A program made the translations under genes and the position numbers. From a virus (lineage: Duplodnaviria > Caudoviricetes), in the IMG/VR virus record IMGVR_UViG_3300037329_000068, positions 1-63,999 of that record: a stretch of DNA of 63,999 bases; one strand, 5' to 3'. Of this stretch, positions 54,463-63,960 are shown in pieces. Within the stretch, counting starts at the first letter, position 1. Every line of letters starts with the position of its first letter. The notes under the pieces are model-generated. The model worked only from the letters and a program-made list of their open reading frames with translations, did no database searches and was not told where the DNA came from.

Positions 54463-55416
54463 TTATCCTAATTTGCTGAGTGTTCCGTCAATCAAGCCAA
54501 TTAACTGAGACTTCTGATCGTTGCTAATTACGTTGCTTAGATCGAGATTGGCTTTGATTCCATTTAAAAGTGATGCTGATTTGTTCGTAGATTGACCTGT
54601 TGTGTTTTTAACAACATCATCAATCTGATTGTATATATTCACAGCTTCGCCTTCCAAACTAGCACCACCTAAAAACTGAGTCTCTACAAAGTCTATACCA
54701 CGCTGTACCGCTGGATTAGAAAGTATGGGGGTAGTGAATGGCCCCAAAGGCGTTTGTGCTAGTGAGCCCACACCAGACGGTTGTGTGGTTGTGTCGGTTG
54801 TCCATCTTCTATAAGCAAAAGTAACACTGATTTTGTGATATTCGTCATTGCTTTCATTTGAAAGCTGCATAGTGCTTATGTCAATTGGAAATGCGTCTTT
54901 AATAATTACTTTATGGGTTACTTGGTCAAGCTCATTTAGTTGTTGGATTTCAATACTAGGCGAGACATAAGTATTAAAATAAGAAATTTCGTGTGTATCG
55001 GGATTAATAATTATATTCATCCATTTATCAATAATGTTTTTTTCTAAAAAATCTCTTGACACAACGAATGTAAATTCAACAGGGGTATAAGTAATATCAT
55101 GAGCAGCACTGAAATAATCAGAATTGTATTTAGTTTCTGATACAGCCAAAGCCTTTGATGGAAATTGTGCTGATTCACACATTATATCCAACCCACGAAC
55201 AATCTCTGTACCCGAACCCAGATAACTTTTAATTAAATTAATACCAACAGAACCGATTAGAGGCTGAAGAAAACTCCCAAATTCATCTTCATCAGATTTT
55301 TTCTCATTCAAAATTGCCTGTAGTATCTCTGGCAGGCTTATGATAACATTGAACCTGTTGGTTCTGGCTAAACCATGTTTTGTTATGTGCTTTATTGATT
55401 CGTTTAACGAAGCCAT
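54463..55416 (-). CDS. Baseplate tail-tube initiator gp54
   Basis: GLARTNRF.V, MCES..FP, W...I, DAFP, ISVTFAYRRW. Confidence 0.85.
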   Translation of the reverse strand: MASLNESIKHITKHGLARTNRFNVIISLPEILQAILNEKKSDEDEFGSFLQPLIGSVGINLIKSYLGSGTEIVRGLDIMCESAQFPSKALAVSETKYNSDYFSAAHDITYTPVEFTFVVSRDFLEKNIIDKWMNIIINPDTHEISYFNTYVSPSIEIQQLNELDQVTHKVIIKDAFPIDISTMQLSNESNDEYHKISVTFAYRRWTTDTTTQPSGVGSLAQTPLGPFTTPILSNPAVQRGIDFVETQFLGGASLEGEAVNIYNQIDDVVKNTTGQSTNKSASLLNGIKANLDLSNVISNDQKSQLIGLIDGTLSKLG

Positions 55417-55427
55417 ATTTTAATAAC

Positions 55428-55462
55428 CATAAATAGATAATTAGACTATACTGTTATTTATA
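55428..55462. promoter_or_regulatory. Overlapping divergent late promoters for gp2 and gp54
   Basis: CATAAATA (+, 55428-35) and TATAAATA (-, 55455-62). Confidence 0.6.
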
Positions 55463-55480
55463 ACGCAACACAGGACTGTC

Positions 55481-56119
55481 ATGGCAGAAAATGCAGAATA
55501 TAAAAATACAACAGGCACCGAACTAAAATTATTACAAGTTCTTGAAAAATCTTTCTTTGAAAGCCAAGGCCCGAAGTCTAAAAGAAACATTAAAAAAAGC
55601 ATGGACTGGTTCAGAAAAAGAATCGCAAGAAATTTTAGTAATGTGCAAACATCCAGAATGTTTCGTGATCAAAAATTATTTACGGATAGATTGACATTAG
55701 GAAAAATGCATTTTTTTGAATATTCAGCTTTAAATAGAGACACATTACCGGTGTGGGATAGATACCCTCTTATAATTCCATTCAGAGCGTATAAAACAAA
55801 AAGTGGTTCCGAGAATTTTGTTGGAATTAATTTTCACTATCTGAGTCCTATTTTAAGAATGGCGGCTTTTCGTGCGCTTTTGCGCTTTAAAAGTAGAGAT
55901 AGATTTGTTAAGTCAACAAAGCTTAACATTTCATGGAAAATTATATCAACACTTGCACAAAGCAAATATTTTAAACACGCTGTTAAAGAATACAGAATGG
56001 ATCAAGTTAGATCAAAGTTTGTAGAAATACCATCACAATCTTGGGAAATGTGTCTGTTTCTTCCGCTTGCTAGATGGCAGAAAGGCTCAAAATCAGAAGC
56101 ATGGAAAATGCAAAAGTAG
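55481..56119 (+). CDS. DNA end protector gp2
   Basis: SMDWFR, GKM.FF.Y, TLP.WDRYPL, GINFHYL, VK.Y...VRS, W...LFLP. Confidence 0.92.
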   Translation: MAENAEYKNTTGTELKLLQVLEKSFFESQGPKSKRNIKKSMDWFRKRIARNFSNVQTSRMFRDQKLFTDRLTLGKMHFFEYSALNRDTLPVWDRYPLIIPFRAYKTKSGSENFVGINFHYLSPILRMAAFRALLRFKSRDRFVKSTKLNISWKIISTLAQSKYFKHAVKEYRMDQVRSKFVEIPSQSWEMCLFLPLARWQKGSKSEAWKMQK

Positions 56120-56130
56120 AAAAGAAAGAG

Positions 56131-56162
56131 AAAAAAAGGAACCAGTTGGTTCCTTTTTTTTT
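56131..56162. terminator. Bidirectional terminator at convergence
   Basis: AAAAAAAGGAACCA-gt-TGGTTCCTTTTTTT. Confidence 0.8.
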
Positions 56163-56164
56163 CG

Positions 56165-56677
56165 TTAGAATAATGTATTATCTTTTTCTACAACCTTCTT
56201 AGGTCTTCCACGTTTTTTCTTGACAGCAGATACTTTTTCTTTCTCTACCACTTTTTTCTTTTTAGGATTTGAAATAGATTTATCCATGATGGCTTTTTCT
56301 TTTTTCTCTTTCAGTCTTTGTTTTATCTTAACATCAGCGTAATCAGGCGATTCAGTTTCATCGGGTATATCTTCGTTCATCACAGGAAATCGAGCTAGGT
56401 ACTCTTTCATAAAGTCTGGTGTTATCTTATCAAGGTACTCGTTAGCCCTTTCTACAACACGATCAACATCAGAATCCAACATGTTTAAAGGAAGACCAAA
56501 CGCACTCAATTCCCGACCTGTTTTGTACTCACACAACATGTAACAACTCATTAGCGGATTATAAGATCGAGTCACACAGAATGTATAATTATGGCGTTTG
56601 ATTACCATAATTATATCCGTTTCTTTGTAGGAAGAATTTTTTGGATTTTTAGTGTCTATTGCGGAAACTACTTTCAT
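56165..56677 (-). CDS. Hypothetical protein with basic AT-hook-like tail
   Basis: KKKRGRPKK. Confidence 0.65.
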   Translation of the reverse strand: MKVVSAIDTKNPKNSSYKETDIIMVIKRHNYTFCVTRSYNPLMSCYMLCEYKTGRELSAFGLPLNMLDSDVDRVVERANEYLDKITPDFMKEYLARFPVMNEDIPDETESPDYADVKIKQRLKEKKEKAIMDKSISNPKKKKVVEKEKVSAVKKKRGRPKKVVEKDNTLF

Positions 56678-56931
56678 AGATAAACCTTTATAATGCCCTT
56701 ATTAATCACTCTTACAATAGAACTAATTTCTTCCTTACAGCTTAACTTTTCCCAGAATGACAATTTATAATACCGAACTAAGAGTTTGTCAAAATGATCA
56801 TATGATCCCTCTTTGCCACCTAAACAAGAAAAGCAGATACCACTTCCATGTAGAACATCAGCATTTTTTACTTTTTCTTTAGTAACGGGGCATCTGTATT
56901 CTATTTTGTGATAATAATCTTTAATATTCAT
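56674..56931 (-). CDS. Hypothetical protein
   Basis: Coupled ORF. Confidence 0.55.
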   Translation of the reverse strand: MNIKDYYHKIEYRCPVTKEKVKNADVLHGSGICFSCLGGKEGSYDHFDKLLVRYYKLSFWEKLSCKEEISSIVRVINKGIIKVYL

Positions 56932-56943
56932 ACTTTTCCTTTC

Positions 56944-57399
56944 CTATTGTAGAAGAAGACCATCACCAGCGGCAGTAACAGCAAGCTCGATAGCCACAAC
57001 CTTTGCTCGCTTGAGTGTGTCCACGTACTGATCTAGGTCTTCTTCCCCGCATGGCCCATATTTAACAAAGGCTTTGTACCCACTATTTTCTTTAACAACT
57101 CCTATGTGGTTGTGTGCAGGATTGAAATCACTGTGAAATTCATCAACATACCATTCAGACCGAGATTCTTCTTTTTCCCAAGTTGCTTGTGTGTACAAGA
57201 ACCGACAAACTTCTGCGACACCTTTTTTTGAAATTACCTCGCCGTTATCAATTTTTTCACTTTCATCATATTCACTTTCAAGTTCTTCTCTTACGAATTC
57301 CACGGCGCATTCTGAAATTGCAAAAGCTAAGGCGTTGTCTGTGTGTTCTGCTTCACGAATCATTTCTTCATAAGTCAGATTTGTATATAGAAAGTTCAT
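56944..57399 (-). CDS. Hypothetical protein
   Basis: GGAGA RBS. Confidence 0.65.
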   Translation of the reverse strand: MNFLYTNLTYEEMIREAEHTDNALAFAISECAVEFVREELESEYDESEKIDNGEVISKKGVAEVCRFLYTQATWEKEESRSEWYVDEFHSDFNPAHNHIGVVKENSGYKAFVKYGPCGEEDLDQYVDTLKRAKVVAIELAVTAAGDGLLLQ

Positions 57400-57415
57400 A
57401 ATATAATCTCCGAAT

Positions 57416-57640
57416 TTATTTGTACATGATTACTAGATCACCAAAGTATTCATCAAATACTTTAATTAGGTTATCGTAATCACCACTCATCATTTTTTCA
57501 CGAATCGGTTCATAGTCGTATTCAAGGTCTTTGGCAAGACGTTTCCCATAACCAAGTAACACAAAAGCGTTACCATCTGAACCAGTTAAGTCAATTTCAA
57601 TTTTACGATAAGGCATTTCTTCGCGGCTAATAATTGTCAT
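57416..57640 (-). CDS. Conserved small phage protein
   Basis: IEIDLTG.DGNAFVLLG...SGDYDNL..VFD.YFG. Confidence 0.75.
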   Translation of the reverse strand: MTIISREEMPYRKIEIDLTGSDGNAFVLLGYGKRLAKDLEYDYEPIREKMMSGDYDNLIKVFDEYFGDLVIMYK

Positions 57641-57665
57641 ATTTAATATCCTATAAACTAAAAAA

Positions 57666-57709
57666 CCCCACTACAAGAATATCTTCTCATAATGAGGATT
57701 TTTAGTCAA
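57666..57709 (-). promoter_or_regulatory. Family A cassette
   Basis: Reverse: TTGACT..CCTCATTATGAGAAGATATTCTTGTAGTGGGG. Confidence 0.75.
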
Positions 57710-57739
57710 GTAAAAGTCTTGAAATGCTAGTTATTTTTC

Positions 57740-58627
57740 TTAACCAACACTTAGAGGTGCTTTAATAACTCCACTATGGGTATAATTTTTTAGGCATTCC
57801 TTAAAATCTAATGCTGTCAATTCCAATGTACTCTCTAGTGTCTCCGTTCCTTTTGGTAGTTCAATGGTTGGTCCTGTGTGAGTTTGATTGTTAATAAATT
57901 GAAAGATTGAATCTATGTGGTTTTGATACACATGCACGTCGCCCAAGTCACACGACAGAGTTCCGACTTCATACCCTGTCCACTTTGCCAGAAGATGAGT
58001 TAATAAAGCGTATGATGCAATATTAAAGGGTAGCCCTAAAAACGAATCAACAGACCGTTGCCAAAATTTTAAATTAAGCTTTCCCGTTTCTTGATTGACA
58101 TAACACTGAAATCCAAGATGACAAGGTTTCAAAGCCATCAAACCGTTTTCAATTTCGTATGGATTCCATGCCATGACAATATGATCGCGTCGATCAGGTT
58201 CGCTTTTTAATCTATCAATCAAGTTTTTAATTTGATCAACCGGTTTTGTCGGTGTGTTCATATTGTAATCGGAGCCGTAGCTTCTCCATTGATGAGAATA
58301 TAGATTCCCTAGAACAATATTTCCTTTACCACCCCATCGCTCGGCGTCATCTGTCCAAATAGTCCACTTGTCTGAATTTTGATCGTTGAACGTATAATGC
58401 TTTAGAACTTCAAGAGATGTCGAACCCGATAGAAAGTAAAGAAGCTCACCAAAACAAGAGTTCATAGCAAATTTTTTATTGGTGACAGCCGGAAATTCTT
58501 TTGAAAGATCAAATTCTAGCCTCTTATCCCATACACTAATTACGTTGCCTGTTCTAGTGCTTTTGCTTTCTCCCTCTTCAATAATGTGAAGATACATATC
58601 TTTTAATTTTTCGTCTACTAGACTCAT
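57740..58627 (-). CDS. thyA: Thymidylate synthase
   Basis: RTG, FPAVT.KK, EL.YFL.G, QWR, RR..V.AWNP, ALKPCH, QRSVDSFLGLPFNIASY, D.HVY.NH. Confidence 0.96.
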   Translation of the reverse strand: MSLVDEKLKDMYLHIIEEGESKSTRTGNVISVWDKRLEFDLSKEFPAVTNKKFAMNSCFGELLYFLSGSTSLEVLKHYTFNDQNSDKWTIWTDDAERWGGKGNIVLGNLYSHQWRSYGSDYNMNTPTKPVDQIKNLIDRLKSEPDRRDHIVMAWNPYEIENGLMALKPCHLGFQCYVNQETGKLNLKFWQRSVDSFLGLPFNIASYALLTHLLAKWTGYEVGTLSCDLGDVHVYQNHIDSIFQFINNQTHTGPTIELPKGTETLESTLELTALDFKECLKNYTHSGVIKAPLSVG

Positions 58628-59106
58628 ACTTTATTTTCCTCAATTTCTTTTTCTTGTACCATTCCCATCAAATCGAGAAGATCAACTTCTTGCACTTTAA
58701 CACGCTCATGATCGTTTACAAATTTTCCAACATCTCGTATTGATCCTGTGTGAAACAACTCACCGGTTTTTATTTGACCATAGATATATTGAGCAACATT
58801 AGACCCGTCTTTTATGTCCTGATGAACTACAGAATTAAATTTACAACCAAGCTTGCCAAACAAATCAATAATGAATTTGTTTTCAAGTTGAGAATATCCT
58901 CTTCTAATAGCAATAACATTACTAACAAAAACTTCCGGTAGTTGATTTTCTTCATCTGTTGTAATTATCATTAAGTTTTTATTAAGATTAATATAACTAC
59001 CATTTAAAGAAACCATCAGTGAATCACTATCACGTATTTTGTATTCGATGGTTCCGCTACCATTTATACACTCTTCTGCTTCAATAGGCAATAGGTAAGT
59101 TTTCAT
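58624..59106 (-). CDS. Hypothetical protein
   Basis: 160 aa, coupled to thyA. Confidence 0.6.
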   Translation of the reverse strand: MKTYLLPIEAEECINGSGTIEYKIRDSDSLMVSLNGSYINLNKNLMIITTDEENQLPEVFVSNVIAIRRGYSQLENKFIIDLFGKLGCKFNSVVHQDIKDGSNVAQYIYGQIKTGELFHTGSIRDVGKFVNDHERVKVQEVDLLDLMGMVQEKEIEENKV

Positions 59107-59113
59107 GTTTTTC

Positions 59114-59359
59114 TCACATAGTCATGTTTTTAATTTTAGTCTGTAGTTGATAAAACCCACCAACGTACTCAGTGAACCCGTCACTGGACATAAAAATTTG
59201 TGGCACAGTCTTTACAGGAGAACCCACCATTTCGGTAAGTTGTTCTACTGTGACTTCTACATTAACTGTTTTGTAGCTGTAAGGCAAGCCTTTATCTTCA
59301 CAAAGTTTTTTTGCTTTTGTACAGAATGAGCAGTTTGGAGTTCCGTAAATAATTACCAT
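59114..59359 (-). CDS. Glutaredoxin
   Basis: IYG..NCSFC..AK, TVPQIF, YVGG. Confidence 0.92.
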   Translation of the reverse strand: MVIIYGTPNCSFCTKAKKLCEDKGLPYSYKTVNVEVTVEQLTEMVGSPVKTVPQIFMSSDGFTEYVGGFYQLQTKIKNMTM

Positions 59360-59371
59360 TTTTTTTTTCCT

Positions 59372-59605
59372 TTACCAGTAGTTAGTATCCGTTATATCTT
59401 TAATGCTCCCACAACCCACACATTCAACAAGAACATTTATCCCTATACCACTACTACAAGAAAACAAAAATGTATAATTGGCATTACACTTTGAATGCCT
59501 GTTCTGGAACTTATCAGAATCCATTTTTTCTCTTGGTGACAGGTAGAATGTGTTATTGACAAGTATCTTATCAGGTAATGATCTTAGATTCCAATTTTTC
59601 GTCAT
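59372..59605 (-). CDS. Small zinc-binding hypothetical protein
   Basis: GIG....V.C..CG..KDITD...W. Confidence 0.6.
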   Translation of the reverse strand: MTKNWNLRSLPDKILVNNTFYLSPREKMDSDKFQNRHSKCNANYTFLFSCSSGIGINVLVECVGCGSIKDITDTNYW

Positions 59606-60137
59606 TTCGATTAATCCTTTTCTCTAGAAGGTTCCTTTCAGCTTTTACATCGCGAAAGATAGCCTTGTCATCTTCAAACTTGTGAGGAAACCGCTTGTAC
59701 AATTTATCAATGTTAATTGCAGCGGCTTGTTCGAAGTCTGTGTTAAGTGTGCGTAGCAACATAGCCTGATACCAGAGGCTGTCCCCGGTTTCTTCTACTA
59801 GGTTGACCACATCCACCTCTTCACCAGAAAGACGCTTATACAGGGCTTCCAGTAGCTCCACAGCCTCAGTAGCGATTCCTACCACAGCATGAACAATATC
59901 AGCGTCGTATTTTGGCAGCACAAGTTTTCCTTCTGAAATTTCGTTGATTGGATCAATCCAAGAAAAAGGTTTTTTGTAATAGACATGCTTTTTCAAATCA
60001 TCTAGTGGACTACCGGCTGCGATTACTTGTGAAATTGTGAATCGAAGAGCCTCCAAAACAGAATCATTGATTTCAAGACCTTCTTCTAATTTTGGTGCTG
60101 TGCGTTCTGATTCTTTCAAATACGTTTTCATATCCAT
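59571..60137 (-). CDS. MazG-like nucleotide pyrophosphohydrolase
   Basis: HA..GIATEAVELLE, NLVEETGDSLWY, NIDKL.KRFP. Confidence 0.85.
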   Translation of the reverse strand: MDMKTYLKESERTAPKLEEGLEINDSVLEALRFTISQVIAAGSPLDDLKKHVYYKKPFSWIDPINEISEGKLVLPKYDADIVHAVVGIATEAVELLEALYKRLSGEEVDVVNLVEETGDSLWYQAMLLRTLNTDFEQAAAINIDKLYKRFPHKFEDDKAIFRDVKAERNLLEKRINRNDEKLESKIIT

Positions 60138-60148
60138 TCTAATCTTTC

Positions 60149-61114
60149 CTATTTTAGTTTGTTTAAAAGTTCTTCTACATTCAAATTTATCATGATTTTG
60201 TTTGCCGCAAATTGTGATTCTGTAATGTCTGGATCACAAGGACTCTCATTAATATAATCCATAGCCGCAGTCAGTGCAACTCTAAGATTCTCTGCATTCT
60301 CCATTAGTGTAGCTACCTTGTCAATTACTGATTGAGGTTGGCGACTATTTTTTCCATAACCAGCCTGAATGTTAAAAGACCATTTGTTAGTATCGTTTTC
60401 ATCAAGTTCGTAAATTGTATCTAATTCGCGCTTAATATTCATACATTATCCTCAATTAAATATTCTATTTGTGATTCATCATCAATAAGAAGAAAAGACC
60501 CTTGCTCATAAAGTGTATTTGAAATGTGTTTTGTATCACATCTTGAAAATGATGCAGAATGAAACCAGAGAAATTCTTCAAAGTCCTCGAAATACGCTAC
60601 ATAGAAAGTTTCTGATTGATCAACTCTTCGTTGTGTGAATTTAACAGTCATACGTGATTACCTCTTTCAACCAACTTTAAAGAGCTTACTGGCAGTATAT
60701 CATAAACTCGAACAACAGAACATTTAATTTCTACTTCAACAAGCTCATAATCAGGAAAGGTTTTTATATAACTATAAATGTCATAAAGATTGTCTATGTT
60801 CCATTGCGTAGCTTTCCATGGGTATTGCTCATTACTTGGGTATCCACCACTTGTTGGATCGACCCTTGCGTAACATGGTGCAATTTTTGAGCGCAACACA
60901 AACAAACTTTTATTTTTCATTTTAGCCTCATTAAATTACAGAATTCAAAATTTTCGTCGTTCGGGCATTCATAACAAATAAGCTTTGTTCTCAAATTGTT
61001 GGTGGTAATATATTCGTAATCAGAATCATATTCGAATGTGTCCTTGTGCATTTTCTCATCCCAAGAATTTGAGAATTCTCCTGTGTCCAGATTCAACCAA
61101 ACGTATTTTTTCAT
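60149..61114 (-). other. Four small hypothetical ORFs (60149-60442, 60439-60651, 60648-60920, 60917-61114)
   Basis: Overlap-coupled on minus strand. Confidence 0.55.
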
Positions 61115-61116
61115 CT

Positions 61117-61611
61117 TTACACGTTCCCGTTTTGAAATTTCTGATCAATCTTGGTCAGTTCGTAAATAGCTTCTTCAAGACCCAGATTCACAAACCCGTT
61201 TGCATTTTCGTACCGAATGAACACACGCTTGATAGAAGCAGATTTTAGAAAGGCGACAAGCGAGGGGATGAAATCGTAATTGCGTGATTCGTTTCGCAGT
61301 GCGTCATATTTCTTAGAGACTTTGCGAAGCAGTTTTAAAGCTCTTTCGGCTTTGCGTAGCTCAAAATTACTCATTCCATCCAAGACTGGTTCAAACCCGT
61401 AAGGCTTTCTGAAATTATCACCAGTTGCGTTGTATTGAGCGTTAAAGACAACAGAACCAGAAATAGAGTCAAAGCTACTGGTATAAGGAAGATTACCAGA
61501 ATTAACACTTTCGAGGTCTTCCTTTGAAGACATATCAATTCTGGTATTGATGTGGTTGTAGGTGTGAGCAGAATTAACAAAGATAACGGCGTAGTTCATT
61601 TCAGCGTTCAT
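61117..61611 (-). CDS. Hypothetical early protein
   Basis: Start moved to MNAEMNY (AAAGGA RBS). Confidence 0.65.
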   Translation of the reverse strand: MNAEMNYAVIFVNSAHTYNHINTRIDMSSKEDLESVNSGNLPYTSSFDSISGSVVFNAQYNATGDNFRKPYGFEPVLDGMSNFELRKAERALKLLRKVSKKYDALRNESRNYDFIPSLVAFLKSASIKRVFIRYENANGFVNLGLEEAIYELTKIDQKFQNGNV

Positions 61612-61687
61612 AATGTAGTTCCTTTCGTTCAATTGGAAATCAGTCAACACAAATAGTATATCAAAAGGTGTGGTCTGCGTCTACATC

Positions 61688-61999
61688 TCAGTCAAGTTTA
61701 TTTTCGCCGTACATCTCAACACCAATAGATTCCAAATAGTCCATCAGCTTAATTTCTTGATCCTCAAGAACTTCAATTGTTAGATTCTTGATCTCGTTGG
61801 TAACATACACACCAGATAGATACAATTCATTAGGAACAACACCAAATCCCTGATCAGATGTAATTTTGTTGCCCATATTGAATATATGATTGGTGGAATC
61901 TTGTTCGATTCTTAAATTTCGCATTTGTTTAAGTTGGTAGCGAGTATTTTGAAGAATTCTTATTACTTTTGTTGCATTGTCTATGTCAGAAATTTTCAT
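61688..61999 (-). CDS. Hypothetical protein
   Basis: Coupled ORF. Confidence 0.6.
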   Translation of the reverse strand: MKISDIDNATKVIRILQNTRYQLKQMRNLRIEQDSTNHIFNMGNKITSDQGFGVVPNELYLSGVYVTNEIKNLTIEVLEDQEIKLMDYLESIGVEMYGENKLD

Positions 62000-62319
62000 T
62001 ATATTGTATCCATCTTTTTAAGTGCGTTTAGAACTCTTTTGCTGCATCCTGATTTCTTCATCTCAAAAACACCAGACTCAATAGCTGCTAGGGCTCCTAC
62101 ACCACCACCATCAGTACCCCAAATACTACCAGCACTTGTTGTGGGTATCAAGCCTAAAATGCCGTAGTACTCGCTGTCTGCTATTACAAAGGATTCTGTT
62201 GTTTTATCAAAGCTTTTGCGGATGACAAGAATGGTTGCTCTGGCTTCATATGTCCAGCCAAGATCATAGCAGGTTAATTTAATTTTTAGAGCAATTTCTT
62301 TTGGGCTAAGTTTCTTCAT
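61999..62319 (-). CDS. Conserved phage hypothetical protein
   Basis: GSIWGTDGGGVG...G.F.M.KSG. Confidence 0.7.
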   Translation of the reverse strand: MKKLSPKEIALKIKLTCYDLGWTYEARATILVIRKSFDKTTESFVIADSEYYGILGLIPTTSAGSIWGTDGGGVGALAAIESGVFEMKKSGCSKRVLNALKKMDTI

Positions 62320-62326
62320 TATTTAA

Positions 62327-62388
62327 TCTCCTAATTTGTTTCACTCTCACTACACAAACAGTATGACCATAGTGAGAGCTTATTGCAA
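62327..62388 (-). promoter_or_regulatory. Family A-like palindromic promoter with compensatory stem
   Basis: Reverse: TTGCAA..CTCTCACTA TGGTCATACTGTTTGTG TAGTGAGAG..TTAGGAGA. Confidence 0.7.
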
Positions 62389-62556
62389 GATATTATTGAG
62401 TCTTTATGGGAAGAATGTTGGTATTCCCTATTAATGTAGGCAGTGAAAGCTTAATCCATTTTTTGCTAGTCCATAAATAAACACCACCATCAGACTCTTT
62501 AAAGTAAAACTCGCTCAGTGATCCTTTATGTGTCGCATCTACAGGTTTCATAATCA

Positions 62557-62616
62557 ATCTCCTAAGTTTTTCTCAATTTCTACAATCAGTATAAAGCAAG
62601 CGCGCCCCTGCGTCAA
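62557..62616 (-). promoter_or_regulatory. Family B cassette
   Basis: Reverse: TTGACG-17-TATACT-GATTGTAGAAATTGAGAAAAACTTAGGAGA. Confidence 0.85.
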
Positions 62617-62619
62617 CAA

Positions 62620-62877
62620 CTAATATTGCTTTTTCATTAATTCGTTTTCGTCATATCCAAACAGTTTTGGTTTGCTTGGGCCTCTTGCTTTACCAAAGTA
62701 AGATGCACTCACACAAATAGGCTCAGGGGCGTATATAACGACAAATGCAGGCCCAAACAAGTCACCCTCTGCTTCCAACTTAGCGATAAGGGGCAATAGT
62801 TTCAAGTCAACGTCTGCAAACCTTTGAACGGTTTTTAATTGCTCGAAGCAGATGGTTAGTTTCTGTGAAGCTTTCAT
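62620..62877 (-). CDS. Hypothetical protein
   Basis: Coupled ORF, GAGGA RBS. Confidence 0.55.
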   Translation of the reverse strand: MKASQKLTICFEQLKTVQRFADVDLKLLPLIAKLEAEGDLFGPAFVVIYAPEPICVSASYFGKARGPSKPKLFGYDENELMKKQY

Positions 62878-63089
62878 ACATCATCCTCTTCGTCAAGAAA
62901 TTTATCAAGCTTGCGATTGATTGCTGCAATTTTATTTTTAGAGGCAAATGTGAGGTAGGTTCTTTCGCCAGAATTCCAAGCTTTGATTCCACCAAGAGAG
63001 TTTATTGGGTCATCTTTAATCGAATCAATTGCGTCAAAACACTCACAAGATGATTTTAAGTCAGCGATTTTAATTTTTGATTCTTTCAT
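62874..63089 (-). CDS. Hypothetical protein
   Basis: Start moved to MKESKI (AGGA RBS). Confidence 0.55.
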   Translation of the reverse strand: MKESKIKIADLKSSCECFDAIDSIKDDPINSLGGIKAWNSGERTYLTFASKNKIAAINRKLDKFLDEEDDV

Positions 63090-63246
63090 TTTCAATATCC
63101 TATTTTGGCAAGTCACACATAAATGAAGCCAGTAGAAAATTACCATCTTCGAGAACAACTCGAATAAAACGACTGTCTTTAGACATTGCAGGAAGACTTG
63201 ATTTGTGAATCCAAACTCTTTCAATTTTAAATGTTATCATGTTCAA

Positions 63247-63308
63247 TCTCCTAATTGATCAATCCCTCAGTACAAATATATTATCTCACACTAAGGTTTA
63301 TATTGCAA
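63247..63308 (-). promoter_or_regulatory. Family A cassette
   Basis: Reverse: TTGCAA..CCTTAGTGTGAGATAATATATTTGTACTGAGG..TTAGGAGA. Confidence 0.8.
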
Positions 63309-63313
63309 TGGGT

Positions 63314-63577
63314 TTAGCTCATTAAAGTGTTGCGATGTATTCCACCCAACTTGCCAATGTAAACTTCTCCCATTGGAAACTCGTAATCGCTACCTTCTAT
63401 TTTCCGTACAAATATTGCAGCAATACCGCCTTTAGCCTCTTCACGATTAACTGTCATGAAAATGTCGCACTTTTCACTGTTAACCCAGAACCCCACCGAT
63501 GTTAAACAAGCGCGACCAAGCGATTCTCGTTGAATGTCTGTAGGTTCTACATTGTATTTTTTGGTGAAAGAGGCCAT
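63314..63577 (-). CDS. Hypothetical protein
   Basis: Behind a degenerate cassette at ~63600-63646. Confidence 0.6.
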   Translation of the reverse strand: MASFTKKYNVEPTDIQRESLGRACLTSVGFWVNSEKCDIFMTVNREEAKGGIAAIFVRKIEGSDYEFPMGEVYIGKLGGIHRNTLMS

Positions 63578-63650
63578 TTTGCTTTTCCTTTTTTGGTGGT
63601 TTCCTTAACTTGAAATCATTATCTCATAACGAGAAGTGAATTGCAATATG

Positions 63651-63896
63651 TTATGTTTTCTTTTCAACAAAAATCTTTGGGATTCCAGCACGATCATAGT
63701 TGATTTCTGCAATCAACTCACCGCCGTAGCTGTAGTGAACAAAAAGCTCTGTGCTAATAACTTTACGGAAGACGTTTTTTGTGGTGGGTTTGTCGGCTAA
63801 TGCTTCCATGGTGATGAAGCTTTCTTTGATAGAAGAATCTACATGGACTTCAACAGTGTCATCTTTCTTTACCACGACAACAGCAACGTATGACAT
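63651..63896 (-). CDS. Hypothetical protein
   Basis: Behind family B cassette. Confidence 0.65.
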   Translation of the reverse strand: MSYVAVVVVKKDDTVEVHVDSSIKESFITMEALADKPTTKNVFRKVISTELFVHYSYGGELIAEINYDRAGIPKIFVEKKT

Positions 63897-63903
63897 AATT
63901 TAA

Positions 63904-63960
63904 TCTCCTGTTTTTCTCAATTTCTACAGTCAGTATAAACGAAAAAAGGGACACTCGCAA
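63904..63960 (-). promoter_or_regulatory. Family B cassette
   Basis: Reverse: TTGCGA..TATACT-GACTGTAGAAATTGAGAAAAACAGGAGA. Confidence 0.8.

Noticed and set aside
57740-58627. Group I intron in thymidylate synthase as in T4 td, or a dCMP hydroxymethylase
   Set aside because: ORF is continuous and normal length; the PFN asparagine indicates dUMP specificity
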